DNA of 64,000 nucleotides from an uncultured Alphaproteobacteria bacterium (GTDB lineage Bacteria; Pseudomonadota; Alphaproteobacteria; RF32; CAG-239): NCBI GenBank assembly GCA_944393175.1, contig CALXZH010000032.1, positions 5,812 to 69,811 of the forward strand, read 5' to 3'. Shown piece by piece: positions 56,279 to 64,000 of this stretch (position 1 is its first letter; each line of letters starts with the position of its first letter). The notes under the pieces were generated by a model. It saw only the letters and a program-made list of their open reading frames with translations, ran no database searches and was not told where the DNA came from. The position numbers and the translations under genes were made by a program.

Positions 56279-56818
56279 TTAATTTTCTTTCTTATTCTGC
56301 TGTGCTTTGATTTTGTATATATATTCAATCACATCATCATTATCCCAATCAGCGGCGCCTCTGATACGTCCGATTTCTTTTCCTTTGTTGACCAAAACCG
56401 TGTTGGGAGATGTAAAAATTCCTAAGTCGGCGGATAAATCCCCCTTTTTATCGACGTAAAAATCTAAATCTTGTCCGTGATAGCGCTCCAAAAATTTTTG
56501 CTGGTCTTCAATTCCCTTCCATTCACTGGCCGGGGAAATAATAACGACTTTAATACCGTTTTCTCCAACTTTTTTGCTAAACTCATTTAAATCATCCAAT
56601 TCTCTCAGGCAGGGCATACAATGTCTGGACCAAAAATTGGCAATAACAAATTCTTCGGGAAAATCTGATAATTTATAAGCTTCGCCGTCTTCGGTATTAT
56701 GATAGACGGCTCTATCCGGCAAAGCTCGAGGCTCAGCATAAATGTTTACCGGTTCGGGATTTCCCCAACCACCCAGTGTTAAAACAGAAAATATTATGTA
56801 TAGTAACTTTTTTGACAT
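56279..56818 (-). CDS. Periplasmic thioredoxin-fold thiol:disulfide oxidoreductase (TlpA/ResA-like)
   Basis: Signal peptide. A CxxC active site WSRHCMPCLRE. About 180 aa. Confidence 0.65.
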   Translation of the reverse strand: MSKKLLYIIFSVLTLGGWGNPEPVNIYAEPRALPDRAVYHNTEDGEAYKLSDFPEEFVIANFWSRHCMPCLRELDDLNEFSKKVGENGIKVVIISPASEWKGIEDQQKFLERYHGQDLDFYVDKKGDLSADLGIFTSPNTVLVNKGKEIGRIRGAADWDNDDVIEYIYKIKAQQNKKEN

Positions 56819-56913
56819 CTGCCTATTAATAACTGAGTTTTAGTTTTTGTATTTCGCTTTGTTTGAGAGTATATATTATATAATTTTATATTTAACTACA
56901 AAAAGGTTAAAAA

Positions 56914-57048
56914 ATGAAAAATTTTTATAAACTCGCTTCTTTGGTGTTGATTGCTTTTCTTGCTTTGCAATTGAGCAGCTGCGGTAAAATTTCTAATCCG
57001 GAACCGTTGGAAGGATCAGATTATCCGCATCAATATCCGCGTTTCTAG
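56914..57048 (+). CDS. Small lipoprotein (44 aa), not in the ORF track
   Basis: RBS AAAGG. MKNFYKLASLVLIAFLALQLSSCGKIS... with lipobox LQLSSC. In-frame TAG at 57046. Confidence 0.4.
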   Translation: MKNFYKLASLVLIAFLALQLSSCGKISNPEPLEGSDYPHQYPRF

Positions 57049-57067
57049 AGTTTTTAGGAGTTAAATT

Positions 57068-57757
57068 ATGGCAGAAGATAATCAATTTGTTGATGAAATG
57101 ATTCCTTATGTAGAGTTTGCAGATAATGCAAATGAACGTACCCCTTGCGTGTTGGTTTTGGATTGCTCCGGGTCTATGCGCGGCGAGCCGATAAAACAAC
57201 TCAATGCAGGACTGAAAGCCTTAGAAAAAGAGTTAAAAGAAGATATTGATGCCAGCTCTCGCGTGCAACTCCTGATTATTAAAGCATTCGGAAAAGATGA
57301 AGCCGTGGTTTCTTCAGATTGGATTGATGCCATGAATTTTACGGCTCCGACAATGGAAGCCGGCGGTTTGACCCCTCTCGGCAAAGCTATGGAGCTGGCT
57401 TTACAAAAAATTGAAGAGCAAAAATGCCTTTATGACAGTTGCGGTATCACCTCTAAAAGACCGTGGATTTTCCTTATCAGCGATGGTGAACCAACCGATT
57501 ATGACTGGGAAATCGTGGCGGAAAAATGCCGTTATGCTCAACAAAACAAAAAAGTGGTGATTCATGCCGTCGGCACACAAGGTGCTAATTTGGAAAAACT
57601 GGCAAAATTCTCTTTAATGGCACCAAAACGCTTGACCGGTTTGAAATTTACCGAATTTTTCTTGTGGTTGAGCCGAAGTGTCTCTTGTATTTCAAAGGCG
57701 GCTCCGAATGTTCCCGACTTATTGGAAGACACCGGAGATTGGGATGAAGACAAGTAA
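57068..57757 (+). CDS. von Willebrand factor A domain protein (TerY-like), first gene of a vWA-PP2C-kinase triad
   Basis: MIDAS motif VLDCSGSMRG (DxSxS). About 230 aa. Confidence 0.75.
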   Translation: MAEDNQFVDEMIPYVEFADNANERTPCVLVLDCSGSMRGEPIKQLNAGLKALEKELKEDIDASSRVQLLIIKAFGKDEAVVSSDWIDAMNFTAPTMEAGGLTPLGKAMELALQKIEEQKCLYDSCGITSKRPWIFLISDGEPTDYDWEIVAEKCRYAQQNKKVVIHAVGTQGANLEKLAKFSLMAPKRLTGLKFTEFFLWLSRSVSCISKAAPNVPDLLEDTGDWDEDK

Positions 57758-58487
57758 TATCCGCGTTTTGGCCACAAGTTTGGTCGGGCCGATGCATACC
57801 GCCAAAAATATGCCTTGCCAAGACTACTGCAAATATAGTCTTGAGGGGAAAAATTTTGTGGCGGTCGTGTCTGACGGTGCTGGTTCTTCTAAATACGGAA
57901 AAATCGGGGCAAAAGTCATTTGTAATACGCTGACCGACTTGCTCCCTAATGCAGATTTCAGCAATGCTAAAGAAGCCGTGATTAAAGCAATTATGATTGC
58001 ACGCAACAAATTGCTCAGACATCGCTTGAATAAGACTAAAAATGAGGCCGGTTTGGTAGATTTTGCCGCAACTTTGGTTGGGGTAATTTATTGCCGCAAC
58101 AAAGGTTTGTTCTTTCATATCGGTGATGGGGCGGCTTTGGCTTTTCATCAAGATAATTTTGAGCATTTTACGGCATCTCGTCCCGAAAACGGACATTTCT
58201 CTTGCGAAACCTACTTCTACACAATGGATGATTGGAAAGACAGTTTGCGTTTTACCAGCTTTGATAAAGCTCACACTTTGTTTTTGATGAGTGACGGTTT
58301 GACGAATTTCTCTTTTTCTAAAGATTATTCTCATATTGAAAAAAATTTTATTATTCCGATTGATAAATTTTTAAGTAATGCCACCAATAAAAGAAAAGCT
58401 AAAAAAGCTTTGGAAAATACTCTAAACAACGCAAAAGCGCGCAAACTCAACTCAGATGATAAAACTTTGTTATGGGTGAAACTGTAA
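57744..58487 (+). CDS. PP2C-family Ser/Thr protein phosphatase
   Basis: VVSDGAGSSKYG, FHIGDGAALAF and LFLMSDGLTN metal-binding Asp motifs. Start ATG 57744 overlaps the vWA stop. Confidence 0.7.
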   Translation: MKTSNIRVLATSLVGPMHTAKNMPCQDYCKYSLEGKNFVAVVSDGAGSSKYGKIGAKVICNTLTDLLPNADFSNAKEAVIKAIMIARNKLLRHRLNKTKNEAGLVDFAATLVGVIYCRNKGLFFHIGDGAALAFHQDNFEHFTASRPENGHFSCETYFYTMDDWKDSLRFTSFDKAHTLFLMSDGLTNFSFSKDYSHIEKNFIIPIDKFLSNATNKRKAKKALENTLNNAKARKLNSDDKTLLWVKL

Positions 58488-59953
58488 TGGATAGCGATAA
58501 TTCTTTGATTTATAATGCTATTTACGGTGACGGACATTTTGAAAAAGTCCGCCTCGGCGAGCTGATTAATAAAGGTGGTGCCGCAGGAAAAATTTATTTA
58601 GACGCCTCACACCCTTTAAGCGTTGCTAAAATTTTTCATAATAAAAATAAGAGCTCTACAAACCGACAAAAATTAGAGGCTATGCTCTTAAATCGACCTA
58701 ATTTTCCTCGTATGACAAAAGATGAAAATGGAAATGAGCGCGTTCAAATTGCATGGCCCGATGCTATTTTGGAAGACGAAAACGGCTTTTGCGTCGGATA
58801 CCTTATGCCCATGATTAATATGAGTGAAGCCGTATCTCTCGACCACTTAATGCAAAAAGCAATTCGCGCAAAATTAGGCTTGCCTGAAAAGTATGCCTAT
58901 AGAATTTACGCCGCTTATAATGTTGCGGCTATGGTTGCGGCAATGCACAAATGCGGGCATTATATTGTAGATTTGAAACCTTCTAATGTTTCGGTTTATA
59001 AAGACACAATGACCGTGGCAATGGTGGATTGCGACGGCTTCTCCATCAGGGGTGAAAACAATAATCGTTATCCGGCTGAATTTGTCAGTGAAGAATATAT
59101 TTATCCGGAAGGAATGGAGTTAGACTGTCAGGATATGGGTGAAGAGCAAGATAAATTTGCTCTGGCCGTCATCATCTTTAAGCTCCTTAATAACGGAATT
59201 CATCCTTTTTCCGGAATTCCACGGAAAAATGACGGAAAAATGCTTACTATTCAAGACAGAATCGCTGAATATCACTATGCCTACGGCTTGTGGCCGGACA
59301 CTTATCAGGCACCTCATCCCTATTCTATCCATGAATATTTTGATAAAAAGACTTTAGAGTTGTTTGAAAGAGCATTTGTAAAAGGAGAAGTTCGCCCAAC
59401 AGCTAAAGAATGGCAAGAACATTTGTGGGAGCTGATGCACCATCTTAAACCTTGCAAAAAAAATCCAAATCACTTTTACTTTACCGCTAAAGGCTGCGGC
59501 TTATGCGTGGCAGAAGAAAAGTTTAAGGGAACGCTCAGTAACGTCAAAAAACAAGCGCAAACACCGCAAATGGTTAGAGGAATGGAAATTTCAACTCTGT
59601 CGGTTGAACATTTGCAAAAAGACAAAGCCGAAAAACTACAACTTAACCATAAGCTCAATCGGATTGCCGTCGGCGGAATTGTGGTTTATTTGCTCGTATT
59701 TGCTTTTTTGTATCCACTCTTGGCTCCGCTTGAAAAAAATATTCAAGCCATGGGACTTGGCATTCAAGCGATTATTACTACATTTCTGATGTTGGGAATT
59801 AACAGCGCATTGCACCTTTTGGAGCCCAGATTTCCTTTGTTACAAAATAAAGCCTTGACTCAGATGTTGCAAGTGTATGCTTTTATTTGCATCTTAATTG
59901 TGTTGGTCTCTTTAAACAATTTACCGGAGGGAATATTCAGCTTGGCGCTTTAG
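58487..59953 (+). CDS. Ser/Thr protein kinase-like protein with a C-terminal membrane anchor (2-3 TM helices)
   Basis: Gly-rich loop GGAAGKIYL. Catalytic-loop-like IVDLKPSNV. DCDG (DFG-like). C-terminal hydrophobic helices. The start overlaps the PP2C stop (TAATG). Confidence 0.6.
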   Translation: MDSDNSLIYNAIYGDGHFEKVRLGELINKGGAAGKIYLDASHPLSVAKIFHNKNKSSTNRQKLEAMLLNRPNFPRMTKDENGNERVQIAWPDAILEDENGFCVGYLMPMINMSEAVSLDHLMQKAIRAKLGLPEKYAYRIYAAYNVAAMVAAMHKCGHYIVDLKPSNVSVYKDTMTVAMVDCDGFSIRGENNNRYPAEFVSEEYIYPEGMELDCQDMGEEQDKFALAVIIFKLLNNGIHPFSGIPRKNDGKMLTIQDRIAEYHYAYGLWPDTYQAPHPYSIHEYFDKKTLELFERAFVKGEVRPTAKEWQEHLWELMHHLKPCKKNPNHFYFTAKGCGLCVAEEKFKGTLSNVKKQAQTPQMVRGMEISTLSVEHLQKDKAEKLQLNHKLNRIAVGGIVVYLLVFAFLYPLLAPLEKNIQAMGLGIQAIITTFLMLGINSALHLLEPRFPLLQNKALTQMLQVYAFICILIVLVSLNNLPEGIFSLAL

Positions 59954-60076
59954 ATTTTTTTTCTCACAAAAATGAATTGTTTTGAGATTTTTCTCCACAA
60001 AATAAAATTTTTATGTTATAGAAGTACAAAAGTGAATTTTTTAAGGAATAAAAGGTTGATTAAGTTAAATCCCATT

Positions 60077-61444
60077 ATGATTTCTGGTAAAGAGGTTCTT
60101 CCTCTGGTTGAGGGCGGAAAAGGTATTAACGGTAGTGACGGACGCAGTTGCGGCGCTTGGGCTCATGAAAATTGCGTCGGAACTTTCTCCGGCGTCAGCC
60201 CTGATTTTTATGACGAAAACGGCAATGTCGTTATTGAACGTATTTTCCAAAAGAAACGTGCCGACAGACACGAACAAATGATTGAATATGCCATTAAAGG
60301 CGGCGTGGCTCAGGCGCAAATCGCACACGAAATCTCCGGCGGAAACGGCCGTATTCATATGAATATGCTTTGGGAAATGGCTGATTCCGAAAAGATTTTG
60401 ACCGGTGTGTTGGAAAGAGCAAAAGGTTTGGTTCATGGGGTTACCTGCGGTGCCGGTTTGCCTTATCATTTGGGAGAGCTGGCCTCTAAGTTCGGGGTTT
60501 ACTATTATCCGATTGTTTCTTCCGCCAGAGCTTTTCAAGTTTTGTGGAAAAGAGCTTACTCCAATTTTAGAGAATTTTTGGGTGGCGTGGTTTATGAAGA
60601 CCCATGGCTTGCCGGCGGGCACAATGGTTTGTCAAATGCCGAAGATCCAAATAAACCGCAAAGACCTTATGAGCGTTTGGTTGAGCTCAGAAAAACTTTG
60701 CGCAACTTGGGCTTGGAAGATACGCCGATTATTTTGGCCGGCGGAGTTTGGTCTCTTAATGAGTGGAAAGATTATATTGATAACCCAGATATTGGTAAAA
60801 TTGCGTTCCAATTCGGAACACGCCCGATGATTACCAAAGAAAGCCCTATCAGTGATGCTTGGAAAAAGCTCATGTTGCACCTGAAAAAAGGTGATGTAAT
60901 TTTGCAAAGATTTAGCCCGACGGGCTTCTTCTCTTCGGCAATCAAAAATACATTTTTGGAAAATTTGATTCGCCGCAAAGAAGGTGAAATTGCTTTCAAA
61001 ACCGAGGCTGATAACGAATTCTCGCATCCTTTGGAAATGAGCAGTATTAAGACCGTTTATATTAAACCTGAAGACGTTAATAAGGCTGAGCGCCAAATTA
61101 GTGCAGGTTACACCGAAATTAAGGAAACACCAGATAGCACGGTTGTCTTTTTAACGCCTCAAGAGTGGAAGCAAATGCAACAAGACAGAGCCGAATGTGT
61201 TGGTTGTTTGTCGCAATGCCAATTCTCTACTTGGTCAAGAGCACACGGAACAACCGGAAAAATTCCTGACCCGAGATCTTATTGCATTCACAAGACTTTG
61301 TATGATGTCGGTCATAACGGAAGTATTAAAGATAATCTTTTGTTTGCCGGACATCAGGTTTATCGTTTTGCAACCGACCCGTTATATAGAAACGGTATTC
61401 CCTCGGTTAAGGAATTGATTGAAAAAATCAAATCAGGTGAGTAA
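60077..61444 (+). CDS. FMN-dependent nitronate monooxygenase (NMO/FabK-like) family oxidoreductase
   Basis: PIILAGGVW......IGKIAFQFGTRPMITKESP matches the NMO motif vIAAGGI...LGA.gVqmGTRF..T.ES. The start is uncertain (60077 or the track start 59972). Confidence 0.5.
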   Translation: MISGKEVLPLVEGGKGINGSDGRSCGAWAHENCVGTFSGVSPDFYDENGNVVIERIFQKKRADRHEQMIEYAIKGGVAQAQIAHEISGGNGRIHMNMLWEMADSEKILTGVLERAKGLVHGVTCGAGLPYHLGELASKFGVYYYPIVSSARAFQVLWKRAYSNFREFLGGVVYEDPWLAGGHNGLSNAEDPNKPQRPYERLVELRKTLRNLGLEDTPIILAGGVWSLNEWKDYIDNPDIGKIAFQFGTRPMITKESPISDAWKKLMLHLKKGDVILQRFSPTGFFSSAIKNTFLENLIRRKEGEIAFKTEADNEFSHPLEMSSIKTVYIKPEDVNKAERQISAGYTEIKETPDSTVVFLTPQEWKQMQQDRAECVGCLSQCQFSTWSRAHGTTGKIPDPRSYCIHKTLYDVGHNGSIKDNLLFAGHQVYRFATDPLYRNGIPSVKELIEKIKSGE

Positions 61445-61453
61445 AAAAGTTAA

Positions 61454-61484
61454 AACCCCGCTTTTATCAGCGGGGTTTGTTTTA
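61454..61484. terminator. Bidirectional rho-independent terminator
   Basis: aaccccgc-ttttatca-gcggggtt hairpin with flanking T/A runs between convergent genes. Confidence 0.7.
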
Positions 61485-61494
61485 TGTGTTTACT

Positions 61495-61878
61495 TTATGC
61501 GTGTGGTGCTAATTGAGGCGGAATAATCTCTATCCAATAGCCATCAGGGTCTTCTATAAAATAAATTCCCATTGCCTCGTTAATAAAACAAATACAGCCC
61601 ATTGCTTCGTGTTTGGCTTTGGCGGCTGCAAAATCTTGGGTTACAAGTGCTAAATGGAACTCACATTTACCCAAATCATATTTTTGCGGATGCGAGGGCA
61701 AATATGTCAGCTCCAGCTCAAAGTTGGTTTGACTATCGGTTAAATAGACAATTGTATAGCTGTTATCTTCAGCTTGGATGCGACGTTTTTCTTTGAGACC
61801 AAGAGCTTTATCATAAAAGGCCAAACTCTTTTGCAGGTCCGAGACATTAAAATTAAAATGTGTAAATTGAAAAGACAT
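61495..61878 (-). CDS. Glyoxalase/VOC-family protein (lactoylglutathione-lyase-like)
   Basis: 127 aa. FTHFNFNVSDLQKSLAFYDKALGL and HLAL motifs typical of the glyoxalase I fold. Confidence 0.65.
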   Translation of the reverse strand: MSFQFTHFNFNVSDLQKSLAFYDKALGLKEKRRIQAEDNSYTIVYLTDSQTNFELELTYLPSHPQKYDLGKCEFHLALVTQDFAAAKAKHEAMGCICFINEAMGIYFIEDPDGYWIEIIPPQLAPHA

Positions 61879-61954
61879 ACTATCCTCCTTGTTGGTTCTT
61901 TATAATAAATAAAAAATATTTATATGCAAGCAAAGAGAATTGGCGTCCTCTCTA

Positions 61955-62545
<591 letters not shown>

Positions 62546-62680
62546 GTTGCCTTGTTTTATAGCCTGAAATCTTACAGACTGCAAGAATTATATTTATACA
62601 AAATATTTGACAAAAATGTACTTGTCTATATGGGAAAAATATGATATAAAGGAAGCCTAACTAATATAATTTTAGACATT

Positions 62681-63025
62681 ATGAAAACAGTTTTTTATCT
62701 GGCTATGGCGCTAATAGTATTGGTGTCGCCAGTATTTGTCACAGAAGAAATGAGCATATGGAATTTTCCATATGTGATTTATTTTTTCTGTTTATTTATA
62801 TCGGCTTGCGCGCCGATTATAAGCTTTAAAGAAAAGCCCCAAGATAACCTTTTTATCTTAGGGCTTTGTTCTGTAATTTTGGTCATATTGGCCATCCCGG
62901 CTCTCTTCTCGTGTTATCGAGAAGTTCACCTTGTTTTTCTGGCCATCGGTGGAATTGGAGCTATATTATCGTTTGGAGTATCTATGCTTCGAATAAAATT
63001 ACAAAAAAAATGCCATAAAGCTTAG
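62681..63025 (+). CDS. Small hypothetical membrane protein (114 aa, 3-4 TM)
   Basis: ORF with hydrophobic helices. A terminator lies downstream. Confidence 0.4.
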   Translation: MKTVFYLAMALIVLVSPVFVTEEMSIWNFPYVIYFFCLFISACAPIISFKEKPQDNLFILGLCSVILVILAIPALFSCYREVHLVFLAIGGIGAILSFGVSMLRIKLQKKCHKA

Positions 63026-63045
63026 GCCTTATGGCATTTTTTTTA
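63011..63045 (+). terminator. Rho-independent terminator
   Basis: gccataa...ttatggc hairpin followed by T8. Confidence 0.55.
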
Positions 63046-63066
63046 TTTAAGAAAGAGACGTGAGGC

Positions 63067-64000
63067 TTATTTTTCAAGTGCTAATTTATCCAAGAAGCGT
63101 TTTTGAATCTCGGCTAATTTTTGAACCGAATCGATTTCTACATATTCGCCGTTGGCATGCATGCCCTTGCCTGTTCCGGAGTTCATTATCACGATTGAGC
63201 CCTTTACAGCAAAAGCTCTTGAATCCGTGGCACCGCCGATTTGCTCAAAAAACATCTTTTGACCCAAAACTTCTTCCGCCAAATTTTTATAGGCTTGGAT
63301 ATATTTATTATTCGGGTCCATAACAACCGGTGTGCTGGAAGAAACAATCTTATAACTCACACCTTTTTCCATGCATTTTTTCAAGTTCTTTTCCAGATTT
63401 TTGACGGTTGAATCCTCGGTCAAGCGAAAGTCCAGCAAAGCCTCGGCATAGTTGGAAATGACGTTGGAGACCTGTCCGCCTTCGATTTTGGCAAAATGAA
63501 CCGTATCAATCCATGTATCTTTCGGCTTTTTGGTTTCTTTGGAATAATAAGGATAAATCTCACGAATATTATTTAAGGTATGCAACAATTTTTCGTTAGC
63601 ATCTATGCCTTCCCATGGGGTGGAGCCATGCGCTTCTTTTCCCTCGGCAATGATTTTTACAAAAACCGGATTTTTGCATTTATTGACAATACTCAATATA
63701 TTGCCCCCGACATCATTATCCAAGACGATTTTGGCTTTAATCTTCTTATGAGCTTCCAAAAAAGCCTCCGTGCTTTTACTGCCCTTTTCTTCATCGCTGG
63801 AGAGGACAATGCCGAATTTTAAATTCAGCTTATTTTCCAAAACGTGAAACATTGAATTAAATGCCACCGCCGCAAAGGATTTCATATCCAACGTGCCGCG
63901 TCCATACATGCGGCCGTCTTTAATTGTCGGCATAAACATCTCGTCTGGTGCAGGCACAACATCTAAGTGACCCAGGCATAAAACATCAAAATTATCACCA
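63067..64000 (-). CDS. M20-family metallopeptidase/deacylase (ArgE/DapE-like), N-terminus beyond the window edge
   Basis: DGRMYGRGTLDMK (an M20 motif) lies near the top of the visible ORF. The frame remains open to the window end. Confidence 0.65.
   Translation of the reverse strand, partial: GDNFDVLCLGHLDVVPAPDEMFMPTIKDGRMYGRGTLDMKSFAAVAFNSMFHVLENKLNLKFGIVLSSDEEKGSKSTEAFLEAHKKIKAKIVLDNDVGGNILSIVNKCKNPVFVKIIAEGKEAHGSTPWEGIDANEKLLHTLNNIREIYPYYSKETKKPKDTWIDTVHFAKIEGGQVSNVISNYAEALLDFRLTEDSTVKNLEKNLKKCMEKGVSYKIVSSSTPVVMDPNNKYIQAYKNLAEEVLGQKMFFEQIGGATDSRAFAVKGSIVIMNSGTGKGMHANGEYVEIDSVQKLAEIQKRFLDKLALEK

Noticed and set aside
56993-57199. Minus-strand 68-aa ORF overlapping the vWA gene start
   Set aside because: It is antisense to a well-supported CDS and to the small lipoprotein ORF. 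No RBS.

Overview
This 64-kb window reads as a low-GC (about 38-40% by eye) Gram-negative genomic island of roughly 55 kb. It sits next to tRNA-Arg(CCU), whose 3' side carries 3.5 tandem degenerate copies of the tRNA 3' end plus its terminator, which look like att scars.

The island has two divergently transcribed secretion modules that share a 327-bp control region (43792-44118).

(1) Minus strand, 43791 down to 13855: a roughly 30-kb tightly packed VirB-type (P-type) type IV secretion operon. Gene order is virB2, virB2-like, a 1022-aa protein with an embedded VirB2 pilin domain, virB3, virB4, four secreted coiled-coil proteins, virB8', virB7-like lipoprotein, virB8, virB9 with a C-terminal FtsN-like SPOR domain, a 1307-aa TM-anchored repeat protein, a 1789-aa VirB10 with a huge repeat array, and virB11. 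Two VirB6-like polytopic proteins lie on the plus strand at 261-6537. One of them is fused to an M23 peptidase and a lysozyme-like domain. No VirD4 coupling protein, relaxase or integrase is visible in the window.

(2) Plus strand, 44119-55797: an R64/BFP-like type IVb thin-pilus cluster. It contains a PilL/TcpQ-like lipoprotein, a PilN-type lipoprotein secretin, PilO- and PilP-like proteins, a GspE-family assembly ATPase (PilQ-like), a GspF-family platform protein (PilR-like), a PilS-like prepilin, and an extra PilT-like retraction ATPase.

Also present are a tandem dual-HTH XRE regulator, a 1061-aa hyperacidic protein with five 27-aa W-acidic repeats and a homopolymeric-A-encoded poly-Lys tract (a candidate effector), and a three-gene unknown module.

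Ordinary chromosomal genes lie on both sides of the tRNA: gpt, a thioredoxin-like oxidoreductase, a TerY-P triad (vWA, PP2C, Ser/Thr kinase), an NMO-like oxidoreductase, a glyoxalase, and a window-truncated M20 peptidase.

All assignments come from reading motifs, synteny and repeats in the raw sequence. No database searches were run.
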